Position numbers and translations under genes: made by a program | Shown: positions 10,782 to 20,790 of the stretch, in pieces | Numbering within the stretch: position 1 is the first letter of the stretch | Layout: every line of letters begins with the position of its first letter | The notes under the pieces: generated by a model | The model's input: only the letters and a program-made list of their open reading frames with translations | Told to the model about the DNA's origin: nothing | The model's database searches: none | Assembly (NCBI GenBank): GCA_964414755.1 | Contig: CAYPXH010000003.1 | Location: 6,896 to 70,895, forward strand | Length of the DNA stretch: 64,000 nucleotides | Direction of reading: 5' to 3' | Source of the DNA: an uncultured Rhodospirillaceae bacterium | GTDB lineage: Bacteria > Pseudomonadota > Alphaproteobacteria > JAEUKQ01

Positions 10782-11696
10782 ATGGGATATTTTCTTGAGC
10801 AGTTAATCAACGGCCTAAGTCTTGGTTCAATATATGGTCTAATAGCTATTGGCTATACAATGGTTTACGGAATTATCGGTATGGTGAACTTTGCGCATGG
10901 CGAAGTTTTTATGATTGGCGCATTTCATGCTGTTATTGCCTATTTGTTATTACAAGCGCTTGGGATAACCCTTTTACCAGTGGCTTTAATTATTGTTTTG
11001 GTGGTGACCATTTTTCTAACCTCGGCTTATGGTTGGACCATTGAAAAAATTGCTTATAGACCTTTGCGAGGCTCTTTTCGATTGGCGCCATTGATTTCTG
11101 CAATTGGGATGTCTGTTTTACTGCAAAATTATGTACAACTTTTACAAGAAGCACGGCCTAAATCTGTGCCATCTTTAATTCAGGGCAATATATCGCTGAT
11201 TGAAAGCGAAGATTTCTCGGTTTCAATTAGCTATCTGCGATTATTTATTATTATCGCAACCGTTGTTCTGATGGTTTTTTTCACCATGCTTATTACTAAA
11301 ACAGCACTTGGGCGTTCGCAAAGAGCATGCGAGCAGGATATGAAGATGGCGACGCTTTTGGGGATCAACGTTGATCGTGTTATTTCGATAACGTTTGTAA
11401 TTGGGGCTTCACTGGCTGCGGTTGCCGGATTAATGTTTATGCTATTTTACGGGGTTGTTGATTTTTATATGGGCTTTATTGCAGGTGTTAAGGCGTTTAG
11501 TGCAGCTGTTCTTGGGGGTATTGGCTCACTGCCTGGGGCGATGTTGGGGGGGATTTTGCTGGGGGTAATTGAATCGCTGTTTTCTGCTTATTTTTCGGTT
11601 GAATATAAAGACCTGGCAGCTTTTAGCGTGCTAGTTCTCGTGCTTATTTTTCGTCCAACTGGCTTACTTGGAAAACCTGAAGTGGAAAAGGTTTAA
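10782..11696 (+). CDS. livH: Branched-chain amino acid ABC transporter permease LivH
   Basis: 304 aa polytopic membrane protein starting MGYFLEQLINGLSLGSIYGLIAIGYTMVYGIIGMVNFAHGE, the typical LivH N-terminus. First gene of the liv cluster. Confidence 0.92.
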   Translation: MGYFLEQLINGLSLGSIYGLIAIGYTMVYGIIGMVNFAHGEVFMIGAFHAVIAYLLLQALGITLLPVALIIVLVVTIFLTSAYGWTIEKIAYRPLRGSFRLAPLISAIGMSVLLQNYVQLLQEARPKSVPSLIQGNISLIESEDFSVSISYLRLFIIIATVVLMVFFTMLITKTALGRSQRACEQDMKMATLLGINVDRVISITFVIGASLAAVAGLMFMLFYGVVDFYMGFIAGVKAFSAAVLGGIGSLPGAMLGGILLGVIESLFSAYFSVEYKDLAAFSVLVLVLIFRPTGLLGKPEVEKV

Positions 11697-11698
11697 CC

Positions 11699-13186
11699 AT
11701 GCATATAAATACTAGTAAATCAATAAATCTAAAACATATATTCTTTCAATCGCTGGGAGTTGCTTTTCTTGGAGCTGTTTTAGGGTCCTTACTTATTGGT
11801 TTTAAGCTTCAATCGCGCGGTATATCTCTTGAACTGGATTGGCGACTATCCCAGGTATTAGCCGTAGCATTTTTTGTATTTTTAGGGCGCTTTTGTCTTG
11901 GGTTGCAGCAAATAAAACTTGGATTACTCTCTATCTTTGTTACAATGGCTGTCTGTGCTTACATGATAACGGCTATTCTGCTATCTGTGCAAACGCCTGA
12001 ATCATCCGAAGCCGGCAACCATTTATTGTTGCCTTATAGCGATATGAAACTTAATTGGATGACCATTGTTATTTATTTAGGACTGTTTCTATATCTTATT
12101 TATCGGTTTTTTAAAAAAAGAATGGTGTTAAATAATGGAATCCAAAGCAAGAAATGGAAGTTCGGTTTAAATAAAAATATCCAAACGATACTCATGATAG
12201 CTTTTTTGCTGCTATTAATCAGCGCGCCGTTTTTACAAATTATTGATCGGCGCATTTTGAACATTTTAACGCAGATATTGCTTTATATTGTTTTAGGTTG
12301 GGGTCTTAGTATCGTTGTTGGATTGGCAGGGTTGCTAGACCTTGGGTATGTTGCTTTTTATGCTGTTGGCGCTTATGCCTATGCACTTCTTTCGCTACAT
12401 TTTGATTTTGGTTTTTGGCTTTCATTGCCGTTAGCTGGATTACTTGCGGCGGCCTTGGGAATTATTTTAGGTTTTCCTGTTCTGAGGCTTCGTGGCGATT
12501 ATCTTGCAATTGTTACTTTGGGTTTTGGCGAAATCATTCGCATGGTTCTTGTGAACTGGTACGAATTTACAGGTGGGCCTAATGGAATAAACCAGATTCC
12601 TAAACCAACCCTTTTTGGTTATTTATTTGATGAACCAAATGGTAATGGAAACACAGTAAGCGAATGGCTTGGAATAGAATACAGTAATGAAACTTTCTAT
12701 ATATTTATGTATTTATTAGTTTTAAGTATGGCTTTTGGCGTATTCTGGTTTATTCGCAAGTTGCGCCGCTTGCCAATTGGGCGTGCATGGGAAGCAATAC
12801 GAGAAGATGAAATTGCCTGCCGTGCCTTGGGGTTGAACCCCACAAACATTAAATTAACAGCTTTTGCCACAGGTGCTATGATTGCTGGGTTTGCTGGTGC
12901 TTTTTTTGCGGCCTATCAGGGCTTTATAAGCCCTGAAAGTTTTACGTTTGTTGAATCCATAACTATTTTAGCCATTGTTGTTTTGGGTGGGATGGGTAAT
13001 CTTTTTGGTATAGCATTGGCTGCCATCTTGCTAATTTTTATGCTAGAATTCCGTGATCTTGAAATGTTTCGGATGTTGGCTTTGGGGGTTTTACAAGTGT
13101 TTGTTATGATTTGGCGTCCCCACGGGCTGATATCACACCGGTCGCCAACGGTTTACCGCCATATGTCGACAAAAGGGGTATCCTAA
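11699..13186 (+). CDS. livM: Branched-chain amino acid ABC transporter permease LivM with a roughly 150-aa N-terminal membrane extension
   Basis: The C-terminal about 330 aa match LivM (LDLGYVAFYAVGAYAYALL...). It is translationally coupled to livH (stop/start 2 nt apart). Confidence 0.9.
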   Translation: MHINTSKSINLKHIFFQSLGVAFLGAVLGSLLIGFKLQSRGISLELDWRLSQVLAVAFFVFLGRFCLGLQQIKLGLLSIFVTMAVCAYMITAILLSVQTPESSEAGNHLLLPYSDMKLNWMTIVIYLGLFLYLIYRFFKKRMVLNNGIQSKKWKFGLNKNIQTILMIAFLLLLISAPFLQIIDRRILNILTQILLYIVLGWGLSIVVGLAGLLDLGYVAFYAVGAYAYALLSLHFDFGFWLSLPLAGLLAAALGIILGFPVLRLRGDYLAIVTLGFGEIIRMVLVNWYEFTGGPNGINQIPKPTLFGYLFDEPNGNGNTVSEWLGIEYSNETFYIFMYLLVLSMAFGVFWFIRKLRRLPIGRAWEAIREDEIACRALGLNPTNIKLTAFATGAMIAGFAGAFFAAYQGFISPESFTFVESITILAIVVLGGMGNLFGIALAAILLIFMLEFRDLEMFRMLALGVLQVFVMIWRPHGLISHRSPTVYRHMSTKGVS

Positions 13187-13187
13187 T

Positions 13188-14090
13188 ATGGTGCAAAATC
13201 TGCAACCGATTTTGAATGTAGAACATTTAACGATGCGTTTTGGTGGACTTAAAGCTATAGATGATGTTTCTTTTACTGCTTACCAAAATCATATAACGGC
13301 AATTATTGGTCCAAATGGCGCTGGCAAAACAACCTTATTTAATTGCTTAACGGGTTTTTATAAGCCAACTGTTGGTCGCTTAACTCTTTATTCTTCTAAT
13401 CAACGCATGTTGCTTGAACAGATGGAAGGATTTAAAATTGCTAAGGATGCCAAAGTAGTGCGTACATTCCAAAATATTAGACTGTTCCCCGCAATGACAC
13501 TTCTAGAGAATATGATGGTATCGCAACATGGTGGGTTAATGAGAGCTGCAGGCTATAATATTACAGGGCTTTTATCTCAGACAGCGTTAGGTTCTGAATT
13601 AAAAAATGGTTGGAGAAAGATTTTTTCTAAAATTGGACTTTCTTATTATGCGCGTCGTGAACAAGAGTCTTTAGACCATTGTTGTTTTTGGCTTGATCAG
13701 GTAGGTTTGCTTGACAGAGCAGACGAGATTGCTTCTTCACTTTCGTATGGTGCCCAGCGTCGTCTTGAAATAGCACGGGCCATGTGTACAAGACCGGTGT
13801 TGTTATGCTTGGATGAACCGGCGGCTGGCCTAAATCCTCGTGAATCAAGCGATTTAAATATATTGTTATTAAAAATTCGCCAAGAACATAAAACCAGCAT
13901 CCTATTAATTGAGCACGATATGGATGTAGTTATGAAAATATCTGATCAGCTTATTGTTTTGAACTATGGCAAAAAAATTGCCCAGGGTACGCCGACAGAG
14001 ATTCGTCAGAACCCACAGGTTATAGAGGCTTATTTAGGGCATACTGCCGTACATGTTGAGTCAAACAATAATTCAGGGATTCATCAGTAA
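13188..14090 (+). CDS. livG: Branched-chain amino acid ABC transporter ATP-binding protein LivG
   Basis: Walker A GPNGAGKTT, ABC signature LSYGAQRRLEIARAM, Walker B LLCLDEPAAG, and the LivG-specific insert. Confidence 0.93.
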   Translation: MVQNLQPILNVEHLTMRFGGLKAIDDVSFTAYQNHITAIIGPNGAGKTTLFNCLTGFYKPTVGRLTLYSSNQRMLLEQMEGFKIAKDAKVVRTFQNIRLFPAMTLLENMMVSQHGGLMRAAGYNITGLLSQTALGSELKNGWRKIFSKIGLSYYARREQESLDHCCFWLDQVGLLDRADEIASSLSYGAQRRLEIARAMCTRPVLLCLDEPAAGLNPRESSDLNILLLKIRQEHKTSILLIEHDMDVVMKISDQLIVLNYGKKIAQGTPTEIRQNPQVIEAYLGHTAVHVESNNNSGIHQ

Positions 14091-14091
14091 T

Positions 14092-14829
14092 ATGGTAGAT
14101 ATGAATAAACAGGAAAAAGCAAACATCCTTACCCTAAAGGATGTTCATAGTTTTTATGGGCAGGTTGAAGCCTTGCGCGGTGTAAGTTTGCAGGTGAAGG
14201 CTGGAGAAATTGTTTCACTTATTGGTGCTAATGGTGCTGGTAAAACAACATTGTTGATGACTATTTGTGGAAAACCCAAAGCCCAAAAAGGGGACATTAT
14301 ATTTCTTAATCAATCTATTGTCAGTAAGCCTACACACGAAATTATCCGCCTTGGCATAGCACATTGTCCGGAAGGCCGCCATATATTTCCAAAAATGACC
14401 GTTATGGAAAATCTGCTTATGGGTGTTGCGGAAAGCAGCAAAGAATTTTTCAAACAAGATTTGAAACGAATTTTTGATCTTTTTCCTATCTTATATGACC
14501 GACGTACCCAGCGTGGTGGAACATTATCGGGTGGTGAGCAACAAATGTTGGCGATTGGTCGGGCAATTATTAGTCGACCAAAACTTCTGCTGCTAGACGA
14601 GCCATCACTTGGACTAGCCCCAATTATTGTACAAAAAATTTTTGCAACAATTCGCCAATTAAATAAAGAATTGCAAATGACAATTTTGTTAATTGAACAA
14701 AATGCCTACCATGCTTTGCAACTTGCTGATCGTGCTTATGTTTTAGTTAATGGTTACATCACGATGCAAGGTACAGGGCAAGAGTTGCTGGCAAATCCCG
14801 AAGTTAGCAAAGCTTATTTGGGCGGTTAG
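14092..14829 (+). CDS. livF: Branched-chain amino acid ABC transporter ATP-binding protein LivF
   Basis: Walker A GANGAGKTT, signature LSGGEQQMLAIGRA, Walker B LLLLDEPSLGL. The start was placed at the ATG at 14092, directly after the livG stop; the ORF-track start at 14053 overlaps livG. Confidence 0.9.
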   Translation: MVDMNKQEKANILTLKDVHSFYGQVEALRGVSLQVKAGEIVSLIGANGAGKTTLLMTICGKPKAQKGDIIFLNQSIVSKPTHEIIRLGIAHCPEGRHIFPKMTVMENLLMGVAESSKEFFKQDLKRIFDLFPILYDRRTQRGGTLSGGEQQMLAIGRAIISRPKLLLLDEPSLGLAPIIVQKIFATIRQLNKELQMTILLIEQNAYHALQLADRAYVLVNGYITMQGTGQELLANPEVSKAYLGG

Positions 14830-14860
14830 ATGGTATATCGTTAAAAGGTCGGAGGATAAG

Positions 14861-15211
14861 GTGTTTGATAATTTATTGACAAATCTTGATTTAACCTGGC
14901 CGGAATTAGTTGGCGTAACCACATTGATGTTTGGTTTTGCTGCTTACGCAATGGGGCAAGCTGTAGCAAATAAGTGGCAATCACCTATATATTGTTGTTG
15001 GTATAGCCTACTTTTGGGGATATTTGACCGCTTTATTATTTATGCTTTATTTGACGGAGTGTTGTTAAGCTTGAAGGCATATATTGCAGATACAATTATT
15101 ATTTTAGTTATTTCTGTACTTGCCCATCGTTTAACATTGGTTCAGAAAATGATTAGACAATACCCATGGCTGTATCGTCGGGCATTTATTTTTTCTTGGA
15201 AAAACAAGTAG
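14861..15211 (+). CDS. Small integral membrane protein (about 116 aa) encoded between livF and livJ
   Basis: GTG at 14861 preceded by a strong GGAGG RBS. The protein is hydrophobic (TLMFGFAAYAMGQ..., IIILVISVLAH). The ORF-track version 14750..15211 overlaps the livF 3' end and is probably too long. Confidence 0.5.
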   Translation: MFDNLLTNLDLTWPELVGVTTLMFGFAAYAMGQAVANKWQSPIYCCWYSLLLGIFDRFIIYALFDGVLLSLKAYIADTIIILVISVLAHRLTLVQKMIRQYPWLYRRAFIFSWKNK

Positions 15212-15316
15212 TTTTTTATTAGGAAACAAAGCAGTGGTGAAAAAAATAGGTTGTTATAAAATTAAAGCGCTATTAAGGTGATTCAATCAATACAAACTTA
15301 ACTAAGGGTAGGATTC

Positions 15317-16435
15317 ATGAAAAAGAATTTGTTTAAAAATCTAATGATCGCATTTGGGTTGGCAACCATGCCTTCCCTTGCAGTAGCGCAGGAAGAAATT
15401 TTAATTGGTGTGGCGGGGCCAATAACAGGTCCAGTCGCCGCTTTTGGCGAGCAGATGCGCCGAGGTGCAGAAATGGCTGTAGCAGATATCAATGCCCGTG
15501 GCGGTGTTTTAGGTAAAAAGCTTCGTTTGGTGATTGGCGACGATGTATGTGATCCGCGTCAAGCCGTTGCTGTTGCTAATGACATGGTAAAACGGGGTGT
15601 TGTTTTTGTGGCTGGACATTTCTGTTCATCTTCATCGATACCTGCATCTGCTGTTTATGCAGCAGAAGGTATTTTACAAATTACCCCTTCTTCGACCAAT
15701 GTTGTCTTAACGGATGATGCTGCAAAAAAAGGTTGGAGTACAGTTATGCGTACCTGTGGTCGCGATGACAAACAGGGTGATTTTGCCGGAAAGTGGTTGG
15801 CTAAAAACTTTGCCAATGCAAATGTTGCTATTTTGCATGATAAATCAGCCTATGGAAAAGGATTAGCCGATGAGACCAAAAAGAATATGAATGCCGCCGG
15901 CCTTCGTGAGAAGATGTTTGAAGCATATAATGCTAATGAACGCGATTTTTCTGCCTTGATTAGTAAGATGAAGCGCGATCGGATTACTGTGGTTTATGTC
16001 GGTGGTTATCACAACGATATTGGATTGCTTGCACGTCAGGCGTCTGAACAAGGGTTAAAGATTAATATTATTGGTGGTGATGCGCTGAATAGCTCGGATT
16101 TTTGGGCTATTAGTGGACCTGCTGGTGCAGGAACCCGGTTTAGTGATGCTTCTTCAGCTTTAAATTTACCCGCTGCAAAGCCGGTCGTTGATAAATTTCG
16201 TAGCCAGGGTTATGAGCCAGAAGGATACACTTTATCAACCTATGCTGCTATCCAATCTTGGGCAGCTGGCGTTACTAAAGCTAACAGCTTTGATGGCAAA
16301 AAAGTTGCGGCTGCTTTGCGCGGTATGAGCGTGGATACGGTAATTGGTACACTTGGCTGGGACGCTAAAGGTGACCTAAAGAACCCAACTTATGCTTGGT
16401 TTATTTGGAAAGATGGTAAGTTTACCCAGGAATAG
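15317..16435 (+). CDS. livJ: Branched-chain amino acid ABC transporter periplasmic substrate-binding protein (LivJ/LivK type)
   Basis: Signal peptide (MKKNLFKNLMIAFGLATMPSLAVAQ), then a type-I periplasmic binding fold (IGVAGPITGPVAAFGEQ...). Confidence 0.9.
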   Translation: MKKNLFKNLMIAFGLATMPSLAVAQEEILIGVAGPITGPVAAFGEQMRRGAEMAVADINARGGVLGKKLRLVIGDDVCDPRQAVAVANDMVKRGVVFVAGHFCSSSSIPASAVYAAEGILQITPSSTNVVLTDDAAKKGWSTVMRTCGRDDKQGDFAGKWLAKNFANANVAILHDKSAYGKGLADETKKNMNAAGLREKMFEAYNANERDFSALISKMKRDRITVVYVGGYHNDIGLLARQASEQGLKINIIGGDALNSSDFWAISGPAGAGTRFSDASSALNLPAAKPVVDKFRSQGYEPEGYTLSTYAAIQSWAAGVTKANSFDGKKVAAALRGMSVDTVIGTLGWDAKGDLKNPTYAWFIWKDGKFTQE

Positions 16436-16465
16436 TGATTGTATTATTCTGTACCACATGTATAA

Positions 16466-16497
16466 TGAAAAACCGGCTTTTTAGCCGGTTTTTCATT
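16466..16497 (+). terminator. Rho-independent terminator after livJ
   Basis: GAAAAACCGGCT-TTTT-AGCCGGTTTTTC: a perfect GC-rich hairpin followed by a T-run. Confidence 0.8.
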
Positions 16498-16610
16498 TAT
16501 AAATAAACAAAATGCCTTATAACAAAGCACCTGATGTAGTCATATTATTTTTTATTTTATAGTGGTGCTTGTTTCTAAGATTAGTTTTTCAAATAATATA
16601 CGGGGAATAC

Positions 16611-17087
16611 ATGAACCACGAATTTAACAAAACACAATTTAGTAAAAACTTTTCACAGGTATTTTTAGCGGCTGACCACGCGGGTTTTAATCTTAAAGCC
16701 AAATTGATTGCGTGGTTGGCACCTTTCGGTATTCGCATAACAAATCTGGGTGTTGATACGGAAAATTCTGTCGATTACCCTGATATGGCATATGATTTAT
16801 GTCGCCAACTTATGAAAGGTGCGGCCGGCATCCTGATTTGTGGTTCGGGTGTTGGTATGTCAATTGCAGCCAACCGATATACACATATACGTGCGGCCCT
16901 TTGTCATGAACCTTTATCTGCCTATTTAGCACGGGCGCATAATAACGCCAATGTTTTGTGTTTGGGATCCAGATTGGTTGGTGAAACGATGGCAAAGGAA
17001 TGTGTTACAGCCTTTTTATGTACGGTGTTTGAAGAAGGGCGTCATCAACGGCGTGTTGAGAAGTTGACAACTTGTTCCATGCCATGA
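16611..17087 (+). CDS. rpiB: Ribose-5-phosphate isomerase B
   Basis: RpiB/LacAB-family motifs VFLAADHAGF and GILICGSGVGMSIAANR. The start was set at the ATG at 16611 (MNHEF...). Confidence 0.88.
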   Translation: MNHEFNKTQFSKNFSQVFLAADHAGFNLKAKLIAWLAPFGIRITNLGVDTENSVDYPDMAYDLCRQLMKGAAGILICGSGVGMSIAANRYTHIRAALCHEPLSAYLARAHNNANVLCLGSRLVGETMAKECVTAFLCTVFEEGRHQRRVEKLTTCSMP

Positions 17088-17150
17088 ATGATACTGATTA
17101 AAACCCTAAGCAACAAGTCTATGCAGGATACTAGAAATAGTCTAACAGTG

Positions 17151-18440
17151 ATGAGCCAAATGAATAATTTTTTTCAAACAACGGTGCAGGAGAGTGATCC
17201 TGATATTAGTAGTATTCTTGTAGCAGAAGAAAGACGCCAGCAAGATCAGATTGAATTGATTGCGTCAGAAAATATTGTGTCGCGTGCTGTCCTTATGGCG
17301 CAGGGTTCTGTTCTTACCAATAAATACGCTGAAGGTTATCCAGGTAAGCGATATTATGGTGGCTGTCACGTTGTTGATCAGGCCGAAACTTTGGCTATTG
17401 AGCGGGCAAAAAAACTGTTTGGCTGCAATTTTGCTAATGTGCAACCCCATTCTGGGGCACAAGCCAATCAAGCCGTTTTCCTAGCCTTACTCAGCCCTGG
17501 AGATACGATCATGGGTATGTCACTTGCAGCTGGCGGACATTTAACACACGGTGCTGCCCCAAATCTATCAGGCAAGTGGTTTAAATCTGTTTCTTATTTA
17601 GTTAACCCTGCTGATGAAAGAATAGATTATGATGGCCTTGAAAAGCTTGCTTTAGAGCATCGCCCAAAGTTAATTATTGCTGGTGGATCGGCTTATCCAC
17701 GCCAAATTAACTTTGTTCGTATGCGTCAAATTGCTGATCTGCTTCAGGCTTATTTGTTGGTTGACATGGCACATTTTGCAGGGTTGGTTGCTGCTGGCTA
17801 TCACCCAAACCCAATTCCACATGCGCATATTGTAACCACTACCACCCATAAAACATTACGTGGGCCGCGTGGGGGAATGATCTTAACTAACAATGAAGAT
17901 TTGGCAAAAAAAGTTAATAGTGCTGTATTCCCCGGATTACAGGGAGGACCATTAATGCATGTAATTGCTGCAAAAGCAGTGGCTTTTGGCGAGGCCTTAC
18001 AACCAAGTTTTAAAAATTATATCAAAGCGGTTATTGATAACATTCAAACTTTGGGCAAGTGTTTACAGCAAGCTGGTTGGCGCTTAGTGGCTGGTGGTAC
18101 AGATACACACTTGATTCTTGTTGATCTGAGGTCAGGGAAAATTACAGGAAAGCAAGCCGAGGAATCCCTTGAACGGGCAGGGCTTACTTGTAATAAAAAT
18201 GGTATTCCTTTTGATCCAGAAAAACCAACGATCACTTCTGGAATTCGTTTAGGATCCCCAGCAATGACGACCAGGGGATTTAGGCATCCTGAATTTGTTC
18301 AAATTGCTGTCTGGATTGACCAGGTGTTGAGGGGTCTGATCCAAAACCCCGATGCAAACGGAAAAGTAGAAAAGCATGTTTTAGAGGAAGTACAAACGTT
18401 ATGCGGGCGTTTTCCAATTTATGGGCGCGCTACAGGTTAA
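17151..18440 (+). CDS. glyA: Serine hydroxymethyltransferase
   Basis: The SHMT hallmark [11 protein letters not shown] is present, together with the PLP-lysine region [14 protein letters not shown]. The start was chosen at M22 of the ORF-track ORF (MSQMNNFF...); M1 or M12 are also possible. Confidence 0.93.
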   Translation: MSQMNNFFQTTVQESDPDISSILVAEERRQQDQIELIASENIVSRAVLMAQGSVLTNKYAEGYPGKRYYGGCHVVDQAETLAIERAKKLFGCNFANVQPHSGAQANQAVFLALLSPGDTIMGMSLAAGGHLTHGAAPNLSGKWFKSVSYLVNPADERIDYDGLEKLALEHRPKLIIAGGSAYPRQINFVRMRQIADLLQAYLLVDMAHFAGLVAAGYHPNPIPHAHIVTTTTHKTLRGPRGGMILTNNEDLAKKVNSAVFPGLQGGPLMHVIAAKAVAFGEALQPSFKNYIKAVIDNIQTLGKCLQQAGWRLVAGGTDTHLILVDLRSGKITGKQAEESLERAGLTCNKNGIPFDPEKPTITSGIRLGSPAMTTRGFRHPEFVQIAVWIDQVLRGLIQNPDANGKVEKHVLEEVQTLCGRFPIYGRATG

Positions 18441-18505
18441 CAAGCGCTAGAGTTTTTGGTAGGCTTAAAATGATTATTACAGATTGTTCAGTATAGGAAA
18501 TTTTT

Positions 18506-18982
18506 ATGCGGTGTCCCTTTTGTAGCAGTGATGATACTCAGGTTAAAGATTCGCGTCCAACTGACGATTATGCGGCTATTAGACGCCGCCGCCAATGTGT
18601 TGGTTGTGGAGCGCGTTTTACAACTTTTGAACGTATACAATTACGTGAATTAACGATTGTTAAACAAAATGGCCGTCGCCAACCCTTTGATCGAGATAAA
18701 TTACTACGTTCCATGCAAATTGCCTTGCGTAAGCGACCAATTGATCAAGATCGGTTAGAACGGGTTATTAACGGTATTGTGCGCCAGCTGGAAAGCCTTG
18801 GCGAGGCCGAGATTAACAGCCAAACAATTGGCACAATGGTTATGGATGCTTTATATCACTTAGACCCTGTTGCGTATGTTCGTTACGCATCAGTTTACCG
18901 TAATTTCCGTGAAGCAAAAGACTTTGAGAATTTTATTGAAAACTTGGCTGTTAGTGGGCCACAGAAGCAAAAGGATAGTTAA
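18506..18982 (+). CDS. nrdR: Transcriptional repressor NrdR
   Basis: [18 protein letters not shown]...CGARFTTFE zinc ribbon followed by an ATP-cone. Canonical NrdR. Confidence 0.95.
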   Translation: MRCPFCSSDDTQVKDSRPTDDYAAIRRRRQCVGCGARFTTFERIQLRELTIVKQNGRRQPFDRDKLLRSMQIALRKRPIDQDRLERVINGIVRQLESLGEAEINSQTIGTMVMDALYHLDPVAYVRYASVYRNFREAKDFENFIENLAVSGPQKQKDS

Positions 18983-20094
18983 TGCCGTTGCTGCCTGAAC
19001 AACCTCAAGACCAGTACTGGATGGCAAAGGCATTACGCCATGCTGCTCTTGGTTTGGGTGTGACATGGCCTAATCCTTCTGTTGGGTGCTTGATGTTAAC
19101 AGTCGGGGATAACGGTAATACCGAATTCCATCTAACCCGTACCGCAGCGTTTGGAAGGCCCCATGCAGAAGAGGCGCTTTTAAGTATTCCTAGCCTAAAA
19201 GCCAAAGACTCAACAGTTTATGTTACATTAGAACCCTGTGCTCATGAACAAAAAAATCTAAGCTGCGTAGATCGTCTTATTCGCGCAGGGGTTAAGCGTG
19301 TTGTTATTGCATCCCAAGATCCAGACCAACGAACCAATGGTATTGCCGTTCAAAAACTAATAGAAGCAGGGGTTTCTGTTACTGTTGGTTGTTTGGGAAA
19401 GCAGGCAAATACTATGCAGCAAGGATATATTTATCGGCAACGCTACCAGCGACCGATGGTTACATTAAAAACAGCAATTTCTCTTGATGGAAAAACAGCA
19501 GATAGCAAGGGTAATAGCCAGTGGATTACTAATCATTATTCGCGTCGACGGGTGCATTTGTTAAGGGCTTTTCATGACGCTACAATAGTTGGTATCGGAA
19601 CAGTTATTAAGGATAACCCTATGTTGAACTGCCGTTTAAAAAGATTTGATCACAGGCGTTCTTTGCGTATTGTACTTGATCGGCAATTGCAGCTACCATG
19701 TACCAGTAAATTAGCACAAACATCTGCACAATTTCCAACTTGGGTGCTATGCAGACACGACAGCGAAAATCGCCGTTCACAACTTGAAAAAATGGGTGTA
19801 GAGGTTCATTTATTACCTGATATGAACGACATTAGTGTTATTTTAAGTTACTTGGCGGGTAAGGGGTTGACAAGGGTGTTGGTCGAAGGGGGGGCTAAAC
19901 TACACAGTGCTTTTTTTCAGTCAAAACTTGTTGACAGACTTATTATATTTCAAGCGCCGATTTTACTGGGGTCACAAGGTATCGATATGACAGGACCCAA
20001 ACTTAAGGCAGATATTGAACAACCATATCGCTTCAAATTGGTCCACAGTCGGAAGTTAATAAATGATTTCTATTACGAATATCAGCAAGCCTGA
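18982..20094 (+). CDS. ribD: Bifunctional riboflavin biosynthesis protein RibD (deaminase/reductase)
   Basis: N-terminal CMP/dCMP-type deaminase zinc motif (HAEEALL...PCAHE) and a C-terminal reductase domain. Its start overlaps the nrdR stop. Confidence 0.9.
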   Translation: MPLLPEQPQDQYWMAKALRHAALGLGVTWPNPSVGCLMLTVGDNGNTEFHLTRTAAFGRPHAEEALLSIPSLKAKDSTVYVTLEPCAHEQKNLSCVDRLIRAGVKRVVIASQDPDQRTNGIAVQKLIEAGVSVTVGCLGKQANTMQQGYIYRQRYQRPMVTLKTAISLDGKTADSKGNSQWITNHYSRRRVHLLRAFHDATIVGIGTVIKDNPMLNCRLKRFDHRRSLRIVLDRQLQLPCTSKLAQTSAQFPTWVLCRHDSENRRSQLEKMGVEVHLLPDMNDISVILSYLAGKGLTRVLVEGGAKLHSAFFQSKLVDRLIIFQAPILLGSQGIDMTGPKLKADIEQPYRFKLVHSRKLINDFYYEYQQA

Positions 20095-20193
20095 CTTTAG
20101 CATAAACTGTAAATAATATGGTTGATTGCTGGTTATGAAACACCTATAAAGAAGTTCATGTTATGATTAAATTACAGTTTTTTAGGTTGGCTA

Positions 20194-20790
20194 ATGTTTA
20201 CTGGCATTATTAGTGATCAGGGAGTCATTGAGCGTATCGATAATAACCAAGGATTATTATCGGTTGAAGTTAAGACAACATTTGCAACAAATGACCTGAT
20301 GATTGGTGGTTCAGTGGCCTGTGATGGTATCTGTCTTTCAGCTGTAAGTGTTAACAACCATTCATTTCGTGTTGATGTATCTGTTGAAACGCAGCAATGT
20401 ACAAACATCCGTACTTGGCATAAAGGTAGTAAAATCAATCTAGAACGTTCTTTAAAGGTTGGGCAAGAACTGGGCGGTCATTTAGTGAGCGGGCATGTCG
20501 ATACAACAGCCATCTTAGAAAAACGATTGCCAGATCAAGGCAGTTTGCGCCTTGGGTTTAAGGTGCCTACTGATTTTAGAAAGTATATTGCCACCAAAGG
20601 TTCTATAACTATTAATGGTGTTTCCCTAACCATTAACCAGATTGAGAAAAACTTATTTTATGTTAATCTTATTCCAATTACCATTGCCAAGACAAATTTG
20701 GGTAGCCTGAATATCGGCGCTATTGTGAATATAGAGATTGATATGATGGCGCGTTATGTCGTTAAATATCTTGAAGAGCGACAATTATGA
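20194..20790 (+). CDS. ribE: Riboflavin synthase (alpha chain)
   Basis: Starts MFTGIISDQG and has an internal repeat (GHLVSGHVDTTA). Classic riboflavin synthase. Confidence 0.92.
   Translation: MFTGIISDQGVIERIDNNQGLLSVEVKTTFATNDLMIGGSVACDGICLSAVSVNNHSFRVDVSVETQQCTNIRTWHKGSKINLERSLKVGQELGGHLVSGHVDTTAILEKRLPDQGSLRLGFKVPTDFRKYIATKGSITINGVSLTINQIEKNLFYVNLIPITIAKTNLGSLNIGAIVNIEIDMMARYVVKYLEERQL

Noticed and set aside
18441-20193. FMN (RFN) riboswitch upstream of the rib genes
   Set aside because: The spacers before nrdR, ribD (overlapping) and ribE (99 bp) are too short or lack the conserved RFN core (…GGATAGTGAAATTCC…CCGGGG…). Riboflavin genes here appear to be under NrdR-operon or constitutive control instead.
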